Assembly (NCBI RefSeq): GCF_052425735.1
Contig: NC_135769.1
Span: 33,232,001 to 33,296,000, forward strand
From: Oculina patagonica
Taxonomy: Eukaryota
DNA: 64,000 nucleotides
Direction of reading: 5' to 3'
Part shown: positions 1 through 12,760 of the stretch, piece by piece
Layout: every line of letters starts with the position of its first letter
Position numbering within the stretch: position 1 is the first letter of the stretch
The notes under the pieces: generated by a model
What the model was told of the DNA's origin: nothing
Database searches by the model: none
The model's input: the letters and a program-made list of their open reading frames with translations, nothing else
Position numbers and translations under genes: made by a program

Positions 1-135
1 GTAGAATCTCGCACAACTGATGAAAGTTGGGTGAAGCAAGAAATACTTATCAAGGAAAAACACCGAAATTCTGATTAATACATTTGCTTTTTTGCGGAAC
101 AGCGGTGCAGAGCTCTTTTCATGCGTAAAAACATC

Positions 136-1065
136 ATGGAAGATTCATTATGTGAGGAATTGCTGAAAATCGAGTCACCCACTTCTAATATCGAAGACTT
201 GTACTGGTCATACATCGTCAATTGTGTTTTTAACGCTTTCTTATCGTATACCACTATCATGTTGAACATTTTAACAATCCATGCGATGAGAAAAACTTCG
301 TCGTTACCAGAGACTTTAAAGACATTGCTCCTAAGTCTTGCTGTTTCTGATCTTGGTGTTGGTTTAGTGGTTCAACCTTTTTACAGCGTATTGCTGGGCA
401 ACTGGTCACAGCAAAACAACCCAAACTGTTTAACCAAAATGGCTTTTGCCATAATTATATTTGTTATTTTCTTTCCATCGTTTATTGGAGTTATGGCCAT
501 AACTTTAGACAGGTTCTTAGCCATTTATCTTCATCTCAGATATCAGGAACTTGTGACTCACAAGCGTGTTGTTGCTGTGGTGATCTTGATGTGGATGTCC
601 ACTCCATTTCTTGCCTTACTTATGTTTACGACGTGGATCCCGGGCAGAATTTCTACCACGGGTTTAGCCAGTTGTTCAGTTTTAGGTCTCATAATTACAG
701 CTTTACTTAATTTCAAGATTTATGTGACCGTACGACGCCACAAAAATCAAATTCAAGCTCTACAACTACAAGATCAAACGACACCGAATAGGGAACTGGC
801 AAACTTTGCGAGCGTCAAGAAATCTGCACTCGGTACATTTTACGTATATCTCGTGTTTCTGTTTTGTTATTTGCCGCGTGGTTGTAATTTGCTTTCCGTT
901 GTGATATATGGACCAACAACCATTAATAAGGCTTTTTCGCTTTATTCACAAACGCTGGTATTTCTTAACTCATCTTTAAATCCTGTCATTTACTGCTGGA
1001 AGATGCGACACATTCGACACGCTATGATGGACACACTGCGAAATATATTTCCAAGAAAAAATTAA
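136..1065 (+). CDS. Intronless class A GPCR (cluster gene 1), cnidarian adenosine/melanocortin-receptor-like orphan family
   Basis: 7 hydrophobic segments; LLLSLAVSDL (TM2), DRF..HLRY (TM3/ICL2), CYLP (TM6), NSSLNPVIY (TM7). ATG at 136 (MEDSLC) aligns with paralogue starts; an in-frame ATG also lies at 121. Confidence 0.93.
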   Translation: MEDSLCEELLKIESPTSNIEDLYWSYIVNCVFNAFLSYTTIMLNILTIHAMRKTSSLPETLKTLLLSLAVSDLGVGLVVQPFYSVLLGNWSQQNNPNCLTKMAFAIIIFVIFFPSFIGVMAITLDRFLAIYLHLRYQELVTHKRVVAVVILMWMSTPFLALLMFTTWIPGRISTTGLASCSVLGLIITALLNFKIYVTVRRHKNQIQALQLQDQTTPNRELANFASVKKSALGTFYVYLVFLFCYLPRGCNLLSVVIYGPTTINKAFSLYSQTLVFLNSSLNPVIYCWKMRHIRHAMMDTLRNIFPRKN

Positions 1066-1684
1066 GGCGAAACGAAATCCGACTAACCATATTTGACCAT
1101 ATGTTTTCCGACATGCGTGGTCTTGTTATGTTGGAAAATATAGACGGCAAATTTGGTAAGGGTAAAAAAAAAAAAAAAAAAAAAAAATGGGGGGGGGGGG
1201 AAAAATATCACCGCAGTGTGTTTTCTATCTTTACTGAAGTTAAGATGGCCTAAGAATAAGAGTGAAACTAATGCGAACTACTTTAACAGGTTATGTAATA
1301 CTGAATGACACAGCGAACTGTGTCAAATTTCATGATCAGCTAATATGACGTCTTCACGCAGCTAACTACTTGTTATTGGTTGTTTTTTCTTAGTTTCGTT
1401 TCTAACTTACGAAATGTTTAAAACTCATTCGACAAAATGCGCTATCTTGTATCCAAACTTCATGATATTGAATCTGAATAATATGAAAAAATGACGGAAT
1501 GGTACTTTTATGAAAAATATGACCTGTAACAGAAGTTCAACTTTTGCCTTTTACTATTCATCCACCAGGAGATGTGTGAACGCTTGATTTTGGAAAGAGT
1601 TTTGAGTGATACAAAAATACTCATAACTATGTTTATGTATATGAAGATAAAAGATCTTCGTCTTTGTCAAGTCTTAAACTTGAA

Positions 1685-1753
1685 AGTAAGTAAGTAAGTA
1701 AATAAGCAAGCAAGTAAGCAAGAAAGCAAGCAAGCAAGTAAGTAAGTAAGTAA
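1685..1753. repeat. (AAGT)n/(AAGC)n microsatellite
   Basis: Direct reading. Confidence 0.9.
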
Positions 1754-2590
1754 AGACTTTATATAACGAGGGTAGCACTAAAATAGTATTAAAATACTAA
1801 CATACCAGGGCCTTTTCTATATGTATAAAGTCTTCTTTTTGCAAAACTGTCGCATGTGCCAAAAATTTAATCATGAAAATGTGGTTTAAAAGAGAGTTAT
1901 TTCAGGGAGGTGGATTCGCGGTATCTTAGGAGACATCATAGCCGAGTTTTTTCTTTCAAAAGGCGACAGCTGCAAAAGATGCAGTAATTACAAGTTTTTT
2001 GCCTCACAGGCTGTATAATGGGCACTGAATGGGTAGCTGTTCGACTGCATGAGGTCAACTTGTTACTTTCTAAAAATAAAAAATGTTTTTGTTAGGCTTA
2101 GCTTTAAATTAAAAAATCATATTTCAATCCAAGCTATCGGTTTTGAAGTAAACAGAAGCCTTGTGACAATTACATCATCGCAAAGAAATATTGTCTTAAT
2201 TCTACGAATTCTCTTCTTTTCTAAACATTGTGCTATAATTAAAACTTAACCAACAAAAGCTTCGTCTTCGTCTTTAGCGTCTTCAACAATGTGCGCCTAT
2301 AACAGCTATTTAAAACAAACAGTTCTGTCTTTTGTTAAACATACAATTCTGGAAGAAAATTTCCCCAAAAGATCATTCTCCACTTGTGAATATCACTTCC
2401 TTTCTGTCTTTGTATCCAGCATACTGATTGTGAATAGTACCAAACACACATAATCTTGATTCGCTAACCTGAGAAGCTGTGCTAGTTCAACTGAAGAATA
2501 CATATTAGGGAAAGGACAGAAAGTTTGCTTCATACCTTTTACTTTTTTACGCAATATCTGTTCAGTGCTTCTTTCGCACGTTAAATCGAC

Positions 2591-3520
2591 ATGGAAGATT
2601 CATTTTGTGAGGAATTGCTGAAAAACGAGTCAACCGGGTCAAATATCGAGGACTTGTACTGGTCATACGTCACTAATTGTGTTTTGAACGCTTTCTTATC
2701 GTATACTGCAATCATGTTGAATATTTTAACAATCCACGCGATGAGAAAAACTCCGTCCTTGCCAAAACCTTTGAAAACATTGCTCGTGAGTCTTGCTGTT
2801 TCTGATCTTGGTGTTGGTTTACTGGTTCAACCTTTGTACATCGCAACACTAGGCAACTGGTCACAGCATAACAACACAAATTGTTCCACCGACAAGGCTT
2901 TGAAGATCGCCATAAGTGTGTTCTTCTTTCCTTCGTTCTTTGGCGTTATGGCCCTGAGTGTAGACAGATTCTTAGCTATTCATCTTCATCTCAGATATCA
3001 GGAACTTGTGACTCACAAGCGTGCTGTTGCCATGGTGATTTTAATATGGTTTGTCAGTCCGTTTCTTTCGTTAATACTTTTTACAACGTGGATCCCAAAG
3101 AACATAAGTCGAGTGTTAATGGCCTGTGGTGCATTTTTTTGTCTCTTAAGTACAACACTGTTTAATTACAAGATCTTCTTTGCCATACGACGCCACACAA
3201 ATCAAATTCAAGCCTTCCAGCTGCAAGAACAAACAGCACAGAATGGTGAAATGGCAAACTTTGCGAGCATCAAGAAATCTGCGCTCGGAACATTTTACGT
3301 CTATCTGTTGTTTTTATTTTGTTATATGCCACATGGTTTTAATATTATGTTCATTTTGATATATGGAACAACAACGGTTAATGCGAGTCTTTCACTTTAC
3401 TTTCAGACGCTGGTTTTTACTAATTCATCTTTAAATCCTGTTATTTACTGTTGGAAGATGCGACACATTCGACACGCTATCATAGACATACTGCGAAAAT
3501 ATATTTCCAAAAGAAACTAA
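2591..3520 (+). CDS. Intronless class A GPCR (gene 2), tandem duplicate of gene 1
   Basis: 309 aa, same motifs; 5' and 3' flanks also homologous to those of gene 1 (e.g. ~1270-1680 vs ~3530-3950). Confidence 0.93.
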   Translation: MEDSFCEELLKNESTGSNIEDLYWSYVTNCVLNAFLSYTAIMLNILTIHAMRKTPSLPKPLKTLLVSLAVSDLGVGLLVQPLYIATLGNWSQHNNTNCSTDKALKIAISVFFFPSFFGVMALSVDRFLAIHLHLRYQELVTHKRAVAMVILIWFVSPFLSLILFTTWIPKNISRVLMACGAFFCLLSTTLFNYKIFFAIRRHTNQIQAFQLQEQTAQNGEMANFASIKKSALGTFYVYLLFLFCYMPHGFNIMFILIYGTTTVNASLSLYFQTLVFTNSSLNPVIYCWKMRHIRHAIIDILRKYISKRN

Positions 3521-4218
3521 GTCGTTACTGAGGCGAACTATTAAACCGGTTATGTAATACTCAGTGACACAGCGAACTGTTACAAATTTCATGATCAGCT
3601 TATATGACGTTTGTATACAGTTGATGCTATTTTATTGGTGGTCGTTAGTTATTTTTTGTTTGTTTTTGACTAAAAAAAATATCTAAAACTCATTCGACAA
3701 AATGTGCATTCTTGTATCCACACTTTATGATACTGAACCTGAAGGAAATGAAGAATTGACGGAACCGTTCTTTTATGAAAAAATATGACCTGTAACAAAA
3801 GTTCAACTTCTGCTCCTAACTATTCATCTACCAGGGGATGCGTAAGCCTGGTGTTCAAAAGAGTTTCGAGTGATATTGTTATGGTATTCTTATAAATCTG
3901 TGTATGTATTAAGCCTGGAGATAAAAGATCGTCATCCTTGTCGAGTCTTGAATTTAAAAACATGGATATAACAATATCCATTCACGGCCATTAAAATCTC
4001 GCAATAGGATATTGTACTTATGCCATAAATTCCAATTTTTCTCTAAACATTGTTTAATTTATAATAAACGTTTTGGGGGATGTTTTGTGTTCCAGTTTGG
4101 ATTCACCTTTTCATTATTTAGCGTTTTCTATGACCAGTCGATAACTGTTCCACTACAGGAGGGTCTCCATCATACGTTTAAATCCTTAAATTAAATTTCA
4201 GTTCTCTGGTTTGAGGTA

Positions 4219-4376
4219 CAGTTGAATCCCGATAACTCGAACCCTCAGTAACTCGAGCTCCCGCTAACTCGAACCTTTTCCGATTCCCCTTCTGGTTGTT
4301 TTCTTACTAATTTTACTCTCGATAACTCGAACTTTTTCGATTTCCCTTGAAGGTTCGAGTTATCGTGATTCGACTG
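4219..4376. mobile_element. pogo/Tigger-like MITE, TA TSD
   Basis: TA|CAGTTGAATCCCGATAACTCGAAC ... GTTCGAGTTATCGTGATTCGACTG|TA; TAACTCGA repeats. Confidence 0.88.
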
Positions 4377-6520
4377 TATACTGAGTTAATTTAACGAATT
4401 CCCCGTTTCTGTAAACATAGAACAAAAAAAAAGAATTACACTAATCATTCTTCATGAAAGCGTCTACACTTTTCTAAGAAAGGTAAAAATGCTTGTAGGC
4501 CATGCTGACAGTAATAAGATCGGAAAATTAAAGTTAGAGGGAACATCGAAATTTTTATTCGGGCAATTCGTTTTCAACAGCATTTTATTACTGGAATCTG
4601 AGAAATAAGATTTATATTAGGTCTCGAATTCTTAGATATGCACGCTGATTTAACCTATAATAGCTTAAGGGAAAGAAAGACTTCCAGTGTTTTTTTAAAA
4701 CAAATCCAGACAATCACTGAAAACATAATCCTGTGAGATGTCTGAAAACCAGGAATGACTGTTTGCTATACAGTACTTCAGGAAATAATTTTACCTCTTA
4801 CTACTCGTATATAATTTGTCCCAACCTCATTTTATGCATTTCTAGTTTGATTGGCTCACAAACTCTGCGCATAACAATGAAAACCGGAGTTCACCTTATA
4901 TAAAAAATAGAAAGGCAATATGTTTACATTTTTTTTATCGCGACAAGACATTTTTACCAAAGATATTTACAAGTAGTAAAATCGTCAAATAAAAAGAACG
5001 TTTTCTTTGCCCAAAAATAACATGTCAAACGACCGGAAGACTGATCAAAGTTGAGTACCATCAAACAAATTACGGGAAGATCCGAAAACCAAAACATTTC
5101 CGTTCACAAAATTAGGGATATTACTTCAACCTTATAACTTATATTTGGACAAGGCTTGTCAATTCCAGTATGTCGGGCACTTTCATTGGCACAATGAATA
5201 TTTGAGATGATGAGGCATTTTTTGTGTGTGACGGTATAATCAAACACCACTGATGGTGAAATTATCTTCGCATATGAATCTCTTTCTCTTCATCCGTGTA
5301 GCTAATAACAGTTTCTATTTGTCTATTGCAGCCGAGCGACTGGTAAGCAAGGCTTCTTGAATTCCATCTGGTAATTTCTCTTCTTTTTTCTTTCTCCATC
5401 TAGTGTGATATAAAATAAATACAAATAAAATGGTTTTCTTTTAGTTAATTTGACTGAATACAATGCTACGCTCCGCAATTGTTTCGGATCTTCTCGTTAG
5501 TTAAAACTTTCCGCCATAATACAGATTAAAGGAGATGGGAGAGGAATATATTTTCGCTTGCTTTCTTCCTGTATTTTTTTCAACTTACAAAGTTAATAAA
5601 GCGCCACAGATTTTGCTGCGTCTTGATAAAGTTTCGCTTTGGTAAAACAGAAACGTCCACTTTTAATTTTAATTAAAAACGATGTCAAAGAAGTAAAACG
5701 GACGTCAGGTGGTGTTCTTGATGACACATGCTGACTTTTCTACTTGTCCGAGTTATGCAAAATTTGCAATTCTGCGTTTCTGATACACAGTAAGAGATAA
5801 TCAATTAAATTTACTTCACATGTTGGACAAGGCTCTTGATTAGTCAATGAAAGGAAATATTAGAGGCGCCAATTAAGAGGACGGCGAGTTTGAAATTGAA
5901 ATAGCGATGAAAAATGGTTCAATCCGTTGTCTAAACTAATTTTTATTTATGCAAATTTCGAACTAAACTTAACGAGATATTTACACCATAAATGTACAGC
6001 TTTATTTTTCGTTCTTTCTAATTAGTTAGAGCATTCACTTGGCGACAAATTGCTTTCTGTTCGTCGTTTTTGTTTGATTCTCAGTAATTTTAAAACTGTA
6101 AGTGTCGAACGGACGGCGCCATAAATAATTTGAAAGGCTAAATTTGTCTAAAGTATAATGAACTGGGTTGTTTTCTATTAAAAAAAGTAAAGGTTTTATG
6201 GTACGATTTACATCCACCCTCAAAGAGCAATGAAACGTACTACGGATATAATCTCAAATACAGAAATAAAACCAGCTGAAGAAATAATATAACACTAATA
6301 CCTTTTTAAGATTCAGTTCGATTTTAACATCGTCTAAACAGAATTAATTTTTAATTCACAGACGTTTGCTGGTGCCTATTCATTCGGACTATTGATATTT
6401 GTCATCATCAGCTAATATAAACTGAATCTGTTGGATGAAAAAAAAAAACGCGCCACGACCATAGCATTTTGAATACGAAAGGTTGAGGATTATATTAAAA
6501 AAATCGATCGACTGAAAATC

Positions 6521-7471
6521 ATGACAAATTCACTGTGCGATGAATTGCTACAATACCAGCCCTCGAGCTCCGAAGCTGAAAGTCTCTTTCCGTGGTACAT
6601 CGCTGCTTGTATCTTCAACGCATTTTTGTCCTACACCGCCATCATGCTGAACAGTTTAACAATCAATGCGATGAGGAAAACGACATCATTGACAAAGTCT
6701 TTAAAAGCATTGCTCCTGAGTCTTGCTGTTTCTGATCTTGGTGTTGGTTTACTGGTTCAACCTTTTGCAATCGCATTGACAGTGAAGTGGTCACAACAAA
6801 ACAATCCAAGCTGTGCAACATATACTGCTTTTACCAACATCTTAACTTTGTTTTCTTTTGCTTCGTTCTTCAGTGTTATGGTCATCAGTGTAGATAGATT
6901 CTTAGCTATTCGTCTTCATCTCAGATATCAGGAACTTGTGACTCACAAGCGTGTTGTTGCTGTGGTGATAACAAAGTGGGTGTTCAGTACATTTCTCTCT
7001 TTGATGATGTTGTGGACGCCGACAATCGTTTCTTACGTAGTTTTTGCCATCGTTGAAGTTCTTTGCCTCGTAACCACAACGCTCCTCAACTACAAGATTT
7101 ACTTGGCTGTACTACACCACAAAAATCAAATTGAAACTATTCAAGTACAACAAGGACAAGCACAGAATAACGAAATGACAAATGTTGCGAGGATCAGAAA
7201 ATCTGCCATCAGTACATTCTATGTATATCTGGTGTTTATGGCTTGTTATTTGCCACAGATCTGTAGTTATGTTGTCATTACAATATCCGGGCAAAGTACC
7301 ACTGTTAAAGGACTTTCAGTTTACACTTTGACGCTGGTGTTCCTCAATTCAACTCTCAATCCTGTTATTTACTGTTGGAAGATGAGACACATTCGACACG
7401 CTATCGTTGACATTCTAAGAAATATATTTTCTCTACACTCGGAAACAGAAAACCATAGAAGCTTGAGATAA
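6521..7471 (+). CDS. Intronless class A GPCR (gene 3)
   Basis: 316 aa; SLAVSDL, DRF, HLRY, CYLP, NSTLNPVIY. Confidence 0.93.
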   Translation: MTNSLCDELLQYQPSSSEAESLFPWYIAACIFNAFLSYTAIMLNSLTINAMRKTTSLTKSLKALLLSLAVSDLGVGLLVQPFAIALTVKWSQQNNPSCATYTAFTNILTLFSFASFFSVMVISVDRFLAIRLHLRYQELVTHKRVVAVVITKWVFSTFLSLMMLWTPTIVSYVVFAIVEVLCLVTTTLLNYKIYLAVLHHKNQIETIQVQQGQAQNNEMTNVARIRKSAISTFYVYLVFMACYLPQICSYVVITISGQSTTVKGLSVYTLTLVFLNSTLNPVIYCWKMRHIRHAIVDILRNIFSLHSETENHRSLR

Positions 7472-9044
7472 AATTGTTGAACATGCTTGTTTTGTTCCTA
7501 GAACGAAAATTTATTTTGTCGTTTTTAATCTTAACGTGTTGCAAACTAATTCTTCATGCACATGCCTCGAAACCACAACGAATGCTGTCAAAGCCAGGAC
7601 ACAGTCGTAACATAATGAATACTGCTGCACTTTGGAACTGTACCACATTCATGTAGTGACCTCAAAAGTTGCACATTATTTTATGATAATAGTTTAACAT
7701 TTTATTTTATGAATTATGAATTATTACGATTCGCAACAACTTTTAATAGTCAAATGAAAGGTTGTAATTTATTCCTGCTGCAATAAATTCAAATTAGTTT
7801 GAAAATGAAACGCAAAAACGTATGCTTCACGGACGCCTAAGAGTAATGTGTGTGTATTATCACTGACAATATCACGATTCCTAGTTCACAGTTTGTAAGG
7901 TTTTACATCTCTGTAGAGTTGTTGCAGTTCAAAGTCCACTAGACAGAGCATCCGGGATATTTCACAAAACTGCGTAAGTCCAAACGCCTGTGACATTCGT
8001 ATAACAGTATCGTTACAATTAGCTGTAAATTAAATCAAATTGACTCACAACGTTTGTTTTGCTTATTTACGCTTTGTGTGGTTCTGCAAAACCTTGCACC
8101 GTTCATTGAAATACCAGTAGTTGTTTAATTCGATTCTTGCATCGACTTGTTAAACTGTGCGAAGCATGGGAAGAACATTTTAGCACTTCAGTGGCACCAT
8201 CAACGAATTTGTCACTAACAAATTAAACCAAATTGCCAACCTAACATTACCCACGTACAGTGATATGTACACTGACAAGCCTTGACTTTACATTATTATA
8301 CCTACTCTGGCAGCAACTGTTCCGTTAAAGGTGTTTCAAAAATGTGCTTGAAAAAGTACGGTATTAGAAACGAATTACATTATTAGCAAATTGTATTAAC
8401 CAGGCCAGCGAGTCACTTGTTTTCTGTTTTGATGGAAAACTGGCTATGTCCAACAGTGAAAAAAAAACTGCTTTCTCCTTACAGTATCTTGCATAATATC
8501 AGAAGTCAGGTTAGGGGAATAATAAAAAAGAATTAATTAGAGGATATGTTCTCGATGTGCCTCCACATTCTATGGACGGCTAACACAAATAACATGTTTG
8601 CCACCACGGACGTACAACCATAAGCTATATGTCCGCTTTATTAAAAAGTTTGCTTTTTACATGTAGTTTAATCAAGGCCAGGTGTTCAGTGCTATGGACT
8701 GACTGGATCTTTTAAAATTTATTTTCTTACATCAAGTGGAACAAAGAAAAAAACTCTTATCATATTGAAATGACAAATACGATGTGCGAAATTAGCCAAT
8801 AGCCTTTCCACAACTAAACTCAGCTAACCAAATAAAGGAAACTCAATCATATTAGTTCTCGCGCCTTCAGAACTTGTATAACTCGTGTTCCAAATCGAGG
8901 GTGGTATTCAATAAAGAGGTACAAAAGACCAATGCATGTTACCAAGTTTATTGATCAAAATCAAGAAACTAAATTGTGCTGGTTCTAAAAATTTCCCGTC
9001 GAAATAACTTTGATGTCATCTGTGGTTTAATTTAAGACATATTA

Positions 9045-12000
9045 TTAATCGGGCGTGGCCGATTTATAGTTTACCCTTTGGTCGTCCTAGAGCATAGTCT
9101 CCTGGCGCGGCCAAAAAGACGGGGATAGCTTGGGGTTGTTACAAAACCGCTACGGGTGACGCATACCGCAATGGTTTTCATTTTAGTTTTGACAGGAAAT
9201 CGTTGCAGGCACACTTGGTCGACTTTTGGGTTAATGTGTAATCAGGTTGTGTTTTTTTGCTTCGGCGGAAGGACAGAGAAAAAAGCTTACGGGGCAAAGT
9301 ACAGTATGGGGCCCAGTTCTCGGCCACTTTTGACGTAAACTTGTATTTCTTACCTCAGAAGAACCGCAGGAACTTGAAATTTCTCCCAGAGCTAGCTACA
9401 TTATTCAGCTTTTTGGTGTAAAGCTATCGACCGGTCAAAAATTAATTTGCCCGAGCAATAATAAAAATAAAAGCTCCATTTGTGGGCCCAGTTCTCGGCC
9501 ACTAAAAAGCTTGTGCGTAATTATCTGTAAAAAAAATGCTCAATTAATTTTCACAGTCATAAAATCACTCTGTAAACCTATTTATGTTATATCGATCCCA
9601 AATTATTTTTATGAGGCTTTGTTTTACTTTAGAAAAGAAGGATTTTAACGCGCCTAGTTGCCTATGTGCAGGTTCTGGCAAAACCGCATTGTGTGACCCG
9701 TGCATTTAGATGGTTTATTTTGCAGTGAAAAGGTCTTGAAAGATTTAGGTGTTGTAGAAATAATAGACAAGACAAGAGTCAGCTCAAAACTTAGAGATAA
9801 GATTGAACTTTATTTTTAAAACATTTATTTCTTTCATTCTGGCAGCAGCAGATGAAATTATATTAAAAACCAAGCGCTAAGCTGTGATAGCGAGCAGGGT
9901 GGCCGAGAACTGGCAAATACGCAAACGTCGCAAGAAAAAATTTCGAAGTAAATTAAGACCAAAAAATACAACGGTTCAACGAAAAGTTAACTAAAGCAGA
10001 AAGCTGAATTATTCTACGTTTCACATGCCAAAAATTAGCTCGTATGGTGGGGGCTTTTGGATAAAATACGAATTTAACTACATCCATGAATTTTAAGGAG
10101 CCGTAAACAAACAAATTTTTCGGGAATGCAAATTCACCTACCTCCGCGTAAACTCGACGTGTGAGCTTTCTATATCGAATTGAACGATCAAACTCAAAAT
10201 ACTTAAAGCACATGAATCAGTCTATCGTTTGAAGGAAATACCTTTTTCTTTTAATTCAACTGGAGTGTGAAAAAACGCGTTAAACACAAAGTGGCCGAGA
10301 ACTGGACCCGGCCGAGAACTGGGCCCCATACTGTACTGATATTCATCATTGTGAAATTGCACTTACTTTGACAAGTTAAAGTTATTTTTGTAAATGAAAA
10401 AGGTAACGTCATTGATGTCACGCAGTGTTTTTTTTTAGCAAACTAGATGGTTTGCTGGTTTCTGATTATGAATGGGGGTGTGATCTTGCGGTATATTTTT
10501 TGAGCCTGACTCCGCCATAAAACTTTTTTTTTTATTTAGCAAGAACTGTGTCGATTTTCATTTCTGAACAATTGGTCGTCAAGTCGTTTGTCACAAAGAG
10601 TAGAATGTTTGTACAGCATGTTTTGGAATTATTTTAGATTTGGTTAGTAAGACGCTTCTGAAGACCTGAGCAAAACATTGGGAATGTACAGTATTAATAG
10701 GAACTTGAATGGAATTTTTCACAAGTTGGATAAAGGTATCAACTGAAAAAAATGGACTTCAAAATGAGAACTTGGATTTTGTTGTAATTAAATTTTATCG
10801 CGGATTGGATGCATAATATCACGGCTTTGAAAGTCTTCAAATAATTAGAAAGGTTCCTTTCTTCCTTTTGATCTTATTGTTATTTTCATGTATTGATTAT
10901 TCGAAAGTGGTTTTCGTTGATACGAAAAAAAAAACGGGTTTTCACTGAATTGCTTGAAGTATTTTTAGACGTGATAATATTGGCTTAATCAAATTACATT
11001 GTGCACGAAATATTTGTTATTCTTTTGTCTTGAAACTTTGAGGAAATTGAAATTTTTGTTTGACAGTAGTGTATGAAAGGCATTTTATAGAACTGAATAA
11101 AAAATAAGAAACATTGATAAAGGTTATTTCAAAGATTTATTTTGCCTGATTTTGAAGGGTTTCAGGAGTTTTAAAGAGTGCTGGTAAACGGCTGTACGTT
11201 GTTTGTGATTACGGATCTTATTTAGTTTCGAACGCTCTAATTTTTGAAAGGTTAAAACAGGTTAAAACCGGGCGGTTTCATGAGTTTTTTGGGTAGAAAG
11301 GTACGGTGGTGGTCAAAAAAAATGTTTAGAAAGGAATGACTGTAGTAGCACGTAAGTCGGAGGTTTGCGTGAGTCACGGGGTATAGTATGCGTGAGCTGG
11401 ATTTCCGGCGTCATAACGGCATGTTTTGTTAATCGGGCGTGGCCGATTTATAGCTTACCCTTTGGTCGTCCTAGACGATAGTCTCCTGTCGGCTAAAAAT
11501 TACGGGGATAGCCTGGACCAATCGGTTTCATTTGAGTTTTGACAGTAAATCGTTGTAGGAATACTGGGTCGACTTTTGGGCTAATCTGCAATCTGGTTCT
11601 CTTCTTTGCTTCGGCGGGAGGACAGAGGAAAAAGCTTAAGGGGTAAAGTACTAATAATCACCATTGTGAAACTGTAGTTGCTTTGACAAGTTGAAGCTAT
11701 TTTTGTAAATAAAAGGGGTAACGTCATTGATGTCACGCAATGTTTTTGTGGGAAACTTTTGAAACTAGACGCTTTGCAGGTTTCTACAAATAGCAGTGTG
11801 ATCTGGTGGTACATTTTTTTGAGGCGGACTCCACTTTAAAACTATTTTTTATATATTTAGCAAGAAGTATGTCGATTTTCATTTCCGCACAGTTGGGCGT
11901 CAAAGTCGCCTGTCACAAAGATTAGAATGTTTGCACAACTTGGTTTGGATATATTTTAGATTTGACTAGTGACGTTAGTAAGACACTTCTCAAGACATCA

Positions 12001-12760
12001 GCAAAACATTGGCAGTGTACAGTATTGGTGTGAACTTGAATGAATTTTTTACGAGATCAGTAAAGCTATCGAATAAAAAGATGACTTGAAAATGAAAACT
12101 TCGAATAATTATAATTAAATACCAATTGAATTTTAGATGAGAAATTCCGGAAGTGACATCTGTGTTTAAAATAGGAATTTTTGTACAACTTAAAGTTCCG
12201 AAAAAAAGACCACATGTTTGGTAAAAATCACAGACAAACATGATCAGGAAAACAAAACAGGCCAATTGGTTTAATTCACGAAAATACAACTTTCTTGAGA
12301 ATGAGTTCGTAAACAAGGCAATGAAATCGAATTACATTTCACACGAAATTTGCATACATTTGAACTTGCAAAAAAGAAGTATCTCTGCCGAGACATAATA
12401 GCGTCAGACCTTACATTAATAATTATTGTATTCTGATCTGATTGTTATTTTTTATGCATAACTATTTGAAAGTGGTTCTCATCGATGAAAACAAAACGGT
12501 TTTTCATTCACTGCTTGAAGTATTTATAGACGTGAAAACATTCGCTTAATCAAATTACATTCTGCACGAAATATTTTGTATCCATTTGTCCCGAAACTTT
12601 GAGGAAATTAAAATCTTTGTGGACAGTACTGCATAAAAGCAGTTTATAGAATTGAATAAAAAGATAAGAACCATATTGATAAAGGAAATTTTAAAACTTT
12701 ATTTTGGTTCATTTTGACGAAATTCAGGATTTTCAAAGACTGCCAGTAAACGGCTGTATG
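9045..12760. repeat. Diverged tandem duplication, ~1.35-kb unit (9045-11428 including MITE; 11429-12760)
   Basis: Both begin TTAATCGGGCGTGGCCGATTTATAG and stay colinear to GTAAACGGCTGTA. Confidence 0.85.
9302..10333. mobile_element. Tc1/mariner-pogo-type non-autonomous element, TA TSD
   Basis: 24-bp TIR CAGTATGGGGCCCAGTTCTCGGCC; internal copies of CCAGTTCTCGGCCAC; empty site visible in the paralogous copy at ~11649. Confidence 0.92.

Noticed and set aside
1164-1200. Poly-A followed by poly-G as a retrocopy tail of gene 1
   Set aside because: No TSD found, and genes 1 and 2 share flanks on both sides, indicating DNA-level duplication.
5330-6362. Possible 5' UTR intron of gene 3 (GTAAG at ~5343, CACAG at ~6361)
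   Set aside because: Plausible but unsupported without transcripts.
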